From NCBI RefSeq assembly GCF_022701215.1, contig NZ_CP089976.1:270001-302000 (forward strand): 32,000 bases of DNA, given 5' to 3'. The notes under the pieces were generated by a model, which searched no databases, was not told the DNA's origin, and worked only from the letters and a program-made list of their open reading frames with translations. Source of the DNA: Moraxella nasovis. Lineage in GTDB: Bacteria > Pseudomonadota > Gammaproteobacteria > Pseudomonadales > Moraxellaceae. Of this stretch, positions 28,149 through 32,000 are shown one piece after another. Position 1 is the first letter of the stretch; every line of letters starts with the position of its first letter. The position numbers were made by a program, and so were the translations under genes.

Positions 28149-28184
28149 ATCTTAAAAGTGTTATATATCTTAAAAGTGTTATAA
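28149..28184. repeat. 18-bp direct tandem repeat (ATCTTAAAAGTGTTATAt / ATCTTAAAAGTGTTATAa)
   Basis: This is a direct read: 17 of 18 positions are identical. The repeat starts 8 nt after a TGaTAAAAT motif (28133-28141) and lies about 115 nt upstream of roxA. Confidence 0.9.
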
Positions 28185-28296
28185 GCTTTAATACACTAAC
28201 CATATTTATACAGTAAAGACAGCTTGGCTATTGGTTAAGAATATCACACCAAAGCCCAAGCCAACAAACCAAAAAAAACACAAACTAAGGCATATC

Positions 28297-29469
28297 ATGA
28301 CAACCACCGAACAATGCGATCGCTTACCCTTTTGCCTACCTAATGGCATCACACCTGAAGTATTTTTACAAGACTATTGGCAAAAAAAGCCTTTACTCAT
28401 TAAAAATGGATTGCCTGCAATCATTGGTATGTTTGAGCCAGAAGATGTGCTAGATTTAGCAGTACAAGAAGGTGTATCAGCCAGACTTATCACCCAAAAA
28501 CAAGACAATCCCACTCAGTGGAGCCTAAAAAATTCCCCGCTAAGCGAAAGCGACTTACAAAACACCCCAACTTACTGGACTGTGCTTGTCCAAAACCTAG
28601 AAGCGTGGTCGCCTGAGCTGGGGACGCTATGGCAAGCGTTCGACTTTATCCCAAAATGGCAACAAGATGATATTATGGTATCAGTTGCCCCTAAAGGTGG
28701 TAGCGTTGGTGAGCATTATGATGAATACGACGTATTTTTAGCACAAGGCTTTGGATCTCGTCGCTGGACTTTAGGTAAGATGTGCGATCCTACGCCAAAT
28801 ACTGGTACTGCTTTCGTACCAAATCAGCCCATTCGCTTGCTTGATGATATGGGTGAGATTATTTTTGATGAAGTTTTAGAAGCAGGCGATGTCTTGTATG
28901 TGCCACCCTGTTTGTCGCACCATGGCGTTGCGATGGATGATTGCTTAACTTTTAGCTTTGGGTTTCGCCGCCCTAATCTTGTGCAAGTATTAGATGAAAT
29001 CGCTGATATCGCAACCACAGAACACGCCCTATTTTCTCCCATGCTCTTACCCCAAGCCATGCAAGACAACCCAAATGAGCTAAGCCACAAGAGTATTCAA
29101 TCCATTAAATCTAGGCTTATTGAGCTGCTAAACTCATCGGCTGGTGATAGCATTATTCAGACTGCCATTGCTGAGCTTGTCAGCAAGCGTCAATACGATT
29201 TACTTGCCTTTGAAGATGAGATAACAACAGACGATCTGATGGATCGATTATCAAACGGTGAAGTTGTCATGCTAAACCCCGCCAGTCGCTTTGTGCTATG
29301 TGATGACAAATGGTATGTCAATGGCGATTTGATTTGCCTTAAAGAAAGTGAGCATAGCTTATTTGTCAGATTAATCGAAGGCGGCGTTCTAACCATTGAT
29401 GATATACCACCAAACACCCTACCAAGCATGACAGCTTGGATAAACGACAGTTGGGTGGTGTTGATTTAA
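28297..29469 (+). CDS. roxA: Ribosomal protein uL16 arginine hydroxylase (cupin-4/JmjC; RoxA/YcfD)
   Basis: The ORF is collinear with E. coli YcfD (FLQDYWQKKPLLIK, GGSVGEHYDEYDVFLAQGFGSRRW, GDVLYVPPCLSHHG, SFGFRRPN). The track start at 28231 is a TTG. ATG 28297 has an AAGG SD. Confidence 0.88.
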   Translation: MTTTEQCDRLPFCLPNGITPEVFLQDYWQKKPLLIKNGLPAIIGMFEPEDVLDLAVQEGVSARLITQKQDNPTQWSLKNSPLSESDLQNTPTYWTVLVQNLEAWSPELGTLWQAFDFIPKWQQDDIMVSVAPKGGSVGEHYDEYDVFLAQGFGSRRWTLGKMCDPTPNTGTAFVPNQPIRLLDDMGEIIFDEVLEAGDVLYVPPCLSHHGVAMDDCLTFSFGFRRPNLVQVLDEIADIATTEHALFSPMLLPQAMQDNPNELSHKSIQSIKSRLIELLNSSAGDSIIQTAIAELVSKRQYDLLAFEDEITTDDLMDRLSNGEVVMLNPASRFVLCDDKWYVNGDLICLKESEHSLFVRLIEGGVLTIDDIPPNTLPSMTAWINDSWVVLI

Positions 29470-29488
29470 CGTCTTAATTGTAAAAACC

Positions 29489-30294
29489 TCAACTGTTATT
29501 TACACTTTGACTAAAATAAAGTTCAAGCCACTCATAAGGTGTTAAAGTTTGAGTTTTGCCTAAACTGTGTTATAGAAGTTAATAAAACGATTTAACTCTT
29601 GTTGTCTGTGTTGGTTATCTATGAACTCATGTTTATCATGCCACATTTGTAGTAATGTACGTATAACACGCTCCGCTTTACCATTAGTCTGTGGTCTGCC
29701 TACTTTGGTAAATTTTTGATTGATGTTATTTTGATAACAGGCTTTAACAAATTCATGGTCTTTTGTCCCTTTATACTCTGTGCCATTATCAGAATAAATC
29801 ACATCAATGACATAAGGACAAGGCTTTATCACATGCTCTATTAAAAATTTAGTGGCACTGCATGCTGTCTTGTCAGGCATAATAGTCGCATACAGCTCAC
29901 GAGAGTAATCGTCAATGGCAACAAATAGATATTCTCTTGGGCTTTGTGTGCTCTGCCCTTTAAGTAGTGGTAAGCGTTTGGTATCAACATGTACCATCTC
30001 ACCGGGGTAGCTTTTATTGTAACGTCTGGCTTGTTTTTTGAGTTTGTCTTGAATTGACTTTTCCACCTTAGCCAGTCTTTTAATCCCAAAACGTGCTTGT
30101 TTAAAGCGGTTATTGGTGCTATTTTGGGGTTTAAGTAGGCGAATGCGAGCAAGTTTTAAAACTTTATAAATCGTTGGTCGTGATACGCCATAACGCAAAG
30201 CTAGTGAAGTGACATTTTCTTTGTCTGTATGGTAGGCTTGCCATATCGCTTCTCGTTGATAGGGTAATAGTCTGGTATTTTTATGTATGTTCAT
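29489..30294 (-). pseudogene. IS481-family DDE transposase, C-terminal tail out of frame
   Basis: The ORF 30294-29560 (244 aa) has an HTH (SLALRYGVSRPTIYKVL) and a DDE triad (VHVDTK, YSDNG, NGKAER), and it ends at FINFYNTV*. The conserved tail HSLGKTQTLTPYEWLELYFSQSVNNS* continues in another frame down to 29489. The usual RPH motif between YN and SLG is missing. Confidence 0.6.
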
Positions 30295-30326
30295 GGCGTT
30301 ATTTTCTCATAAGAGTGTAAATGACG
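29494..30326 (-). mobile_element. Compact IS481-family-like insertion sequence (about 0.83 kb)
   Basis: A single HTH + DDE(rve) transposase is flanked by imperfect inverted repeats. The left repeat is TGTTATTTACACT...AAAATAAAG. The right repeat, read inward, is CGTCATTTACACT...AAAATAACG. The end coordinates are approximate, and I see no clear target-site duplication. Confidence 0.65.
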
Positions 30327-30360
30327 CTAGTTTATATTACATATAAATTAAAAAAGCATA

Positions 30361-30380
30361 CCCACCAAAACCCACCAAAA
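30361..30380. repeat. Perfect 10-bp tandem duplication (CCCACCAAAA x2)
   Basis: This is a direct read. It lies between the IS right end and the nadK promoter region. Confidence 0.95.
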
Positions 30381-30408
30381 ACTTAGGTTGTGCTATTGTG
30401 GGATTTTT

Positions 30409-30417
30409 TGATATGAT
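30409..30417 (+). promoter_or_regulatory. Candidate extended -10 promoter (TGaTATGAT) for nadK
   Basis: The motif TGATATGAT ends 26 nt upstream of ATG 30444. A possible -35, TTGTGC, lies 18 nt upstream. Confidence 0.4.
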
Positions 30418-30443
30418 ACGCTTTATTTTTGTTGTTGTGTGCT

Positions 30444-31421
30444 ATGTCAAATTTTGTGAATAATTATCCAAAACGCCCAAAATTTCAGCGTATCGCTTTG
30501 ATGGGGCGTGCTGGTAAAACAAGCGTGGTTGAGACTTTAAATGAGCTGATTGCATTATTGAGCGGTAGGGGGCTGTCTATCGTCATTGATACGCAGACAG
30601 CGACAATTGAAGACTTGGGCATTGATTTTGATCAAGTAGATGGCAATCAGTTGAAGATTGTACCACGCCAAAAAATCGGTGAGCATTGTGATTTTGCCAT
30701 CGTGGTCGGTGGTGATGGCTCTATGCTACAAATGGCGAGCGTCTTGGCAGGGACGGGCGTGCCTGTGCTTGGTGTGAATCGTGGGCGACTTGGATTTTTG
30801 GCAGACGTAAATCCTGATGAATTGACCGAGCGAGTAACGCAGGTGTTAAATGGCGATTATTGGATTGCGGAGCGTTTTTTATTGGCATTTAAAATTGTCA
30901 ATAATGATGATGACGGCAAACCGACCGATGTGGTGATTCATGAAGATGTGGCATTAAATGACATCGTTCTGCACGCAGGCAAATCGGTGCATACCATTGA
31001 TTTTCAACTAAAAATTAACGGAACGGACGTGTATCGTCAGCACGCAGATGGTCTAATCGTAGCGACACCAACAGGCTCAACCGCTTATTCTTTATCGGCG
31101 GGTGGACCTATCATTCACCCGACCATTGATGCTATTTGTCTTGTGCCTATGCACCCGCACACGCTATCGAGCCGTCCTTTGGTGGTGGCGGGCAGTAGTC
31201 AGCTTGCCATTAACATTCATAAAGACAATCGCACACAGCCAATGGTTGGGGCGGACGGCAAGGCATCAGCACCGCTTGATAACAACCAAACCCTACTCAT
31301 CGCCAAGCATGATAAGACTTTGTTGCTCTTACACCCGCCAAGTTATAGCTTCTATGAGGCGTGTCGCACGAAGCTTAATTGGAATCTGTACAGCGAAGAA
31401 TTTTCCCTAAAAACAGAATAA
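30444..31421 (+). CDS. nadK: NAD kinase
   Basis: Motifs GGDGSML, NRGRLGFL and ATPTGSTAYSLSAGGPI are present. The track start at 30429 is a TTG, and the first ATG is at 30444. Confidence 0.94.
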   Translation: MSNFVNNYPKRPKFQRIALMGRAGKTSVVETLNELIALLSGRGLSIVIDTQTATIEDLGIDFDQVDGNQLKIVPRQKIGEHCDFAIVVGGDGSMLQMASVLAGTGVPVLGVNRGRLGFLADVNPDELTERVTQVLNGDYWIAERFLLAFKIVNNDDDGKPTDVVIHEDVALNDIVLHAGKSVHTIDFQLKINGTDVYRQHADGLIVATPTGSTAYSLSAGGPIIHPTIDAICLVPMHPHTLSSRPLVVAGSSQLAINIHKDNRTQPMVGADGKASAPLDNNQTLLIAKHDKTLLLLHPPSYSFYEACRTKLNWNLYSEEFSLKTE

Positions 31422-31436
31422 GCCCAAGGAAATACG

Positions 31437-31727
31437 ATGAATAAAGAAGACATTCTAAACAGCCTAAATCCCGAAATTGTCGCCAAATTCCGCACCGCCA
31501 TTGAGCTTGGCAAGTGGGAAAATGGTGTGCGTCTTACCGATGAACAGCGTCAGACCTGTATGCAGGCGGTGATGGTGTGGGAGCATGAATACTTGCCCGT
31601 TCATGAGCGCACAGGCTATATCGAAAAACCAAAAGATGATAAGGGCAATACGGTGGGCGAAGAATGCGATGTTGAGCATGAACATCATTATCCTAATGCT
31701 GAGCGACCTGTGAAGTTTAAGAACTAG
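31437..31727 (+). CDS. YeaC-like DUF1315 protein
   Basis: The 96-aa ORF aligns in its N-terminal half with E. coli YeaC (LNPEIVAKFRTAIELGKWENGVRLTDEQRQTCMQAVMVWE). An AAGGAAA SD is present. Confidence 0.8.
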   Translation: MNKEDILNSLNPEIVAKFRTAIELGKWENGVRLTDEQRQTCMQAVMVWEHEYLPVHERTGYIEKPKDDKGNTVGEECDVEHEHHYPNAERPVKFKN

Positions 31728-31749
31728 AAGATGTTTTGACTTTTAAAAA

Positions 31750-31782
31750 CCCCTGTTGACTACTTTTGTCAATAGGGGTTTT
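31750..31782 (+). terminator. Rho-independent terminator after the DUF1315 gene
   Basis: The sequence is CCCCTGTTGAC-tactttt-GTCAATAGGGG followed by TTTT. The stem is 11 bp with one G-T pair. Confidence 0.8.
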
Positions 31783-31877
31783 AAGCATTGCAAATCTAAA
31801 ATAATACATTCGAAAGATTGGAGTTTTGACATGTGATTGGCAATCTTAATCCAGTTTCTATGATCAGCTTAATAGCA

Positions 31878-32000
31878 TTATTTGGTCAAGGTCTGGATAA
31901 GTGTTAAAACTGCCCTTTTCTGTTCATTAGTCAGTTTTTGCCAAGCCGCATCATAAGAGTTTTGTTGATAATCCACTTTCTTTATACAGTCTTCAAAAAA
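31878..32000 (-). CDS. 3' end of an unidentified ORF entering from the right edge
   Basis: The minus-strand frame is open for 40 codons from the window edge (..FEDCIKKVDYQQNSYDAAWQKLTNEQKRAVLTLIQTLTK*). No family is recognised, and it is too short to judge. Confidence 0.3.
   Translation of the reverse strand, partial: FFEDCIKKVDYQQNSYDAAWQKLTNEQKRAVLTLIQTLTK

Noticed and set aside
28231-28296. The ORF track gives TTG-initiated N-terminal extensions for roxA (28231) and similarly for nadK (30429).
   Set aside because: The extensions are K/P/T-rich or hydrophobic leaders with no counterpart in the E. coli homologues. The first ATG codons (28297 with an AAGG SD, and 30444) match the homologue N-termini.
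848-31688. The ORF track lists many 60-110-aa ORFs antisense to, or out of frame with, well-supported genes. Examples are 848-1033, 2652-3000, 3501-4047, 4459-4744, 5279-5568, 6627-6896, 8847-9332, 9948-10151, 10356-10568, 11169-11885, 12277-12538, 13544-13834, 15199-15533, 15910-16527, 17709-17912, 18963-19683, 20967-21176, 21776-21979, 23117-23323, 26247-26480, 27128-27711, 28824-29429, 29841-30152, 31102-31410 and 31464-31688.
   Set aside because: Each lies entirely within, or largely overlaps, a longer ORF with clear homology. They have Ser/Arg/Leu-rich shadow-frame composition and no recognisable motifs.

Overview
This window reads as a 32-kb chromosomal segment from a gammaproteobacterium. 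I infer Moraxellaceae (Moraxella-like) from protein similarity and AT-rich intergenic regions; I ran no search. It is densely packed with about 28 CDS, almost all recognisable core housekeeping genes. In order they are: queC and an overlapping TetR regulator; a META-domain lipoprotein; a TerD-domain protein; the minus-strand block pyrD-cvpA-purF-mltB; ogt; ftsY; an unknown lipoprotein; ybaK; aroC; rpoD; a YbeD-like DUF493 protein; sbcD-sbcC; a DNA pol III psi-like ORF coupled to a His-rich M15 peptidase; rlpA; a ThiXYZ-type ABC importer with a clear TPP riboswitch; radA; prmB; roxA/ycfD; one compact IS481-like element with a disrupted transposase frame; nadK; and a DUF1315 protein. I found no tRNA, rRNA, CRISPR array, prophage or obvious defence island, and no convincing previously undescribed multi-gene system. 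The features most worth a second look are small-scale. (1) A perfect 9 x 11-bp tandem array abuts the -35 box of the promoter that drives the TPP riboswitch. (2) That riboswitch lies inside the transporter cluster, so the permease gene sits upstream of it and only 10 nt behind radA. (3) A psi-like ORF overlaps (TAATG) a secreted M15 peptidase whose His-rich tail is encoded by a hexanucleotide microsatellite. (4) The IS481-like element has its conserved C-terminal tail out of frame. (5) TGn extended -10 motifs recur 26-42 nt upstream of start codons. (6) Several perfect short tandem duplications occur in intergenic DNA. All functional calls rest on by-eye motif and alignment recognition, and no database search was run.
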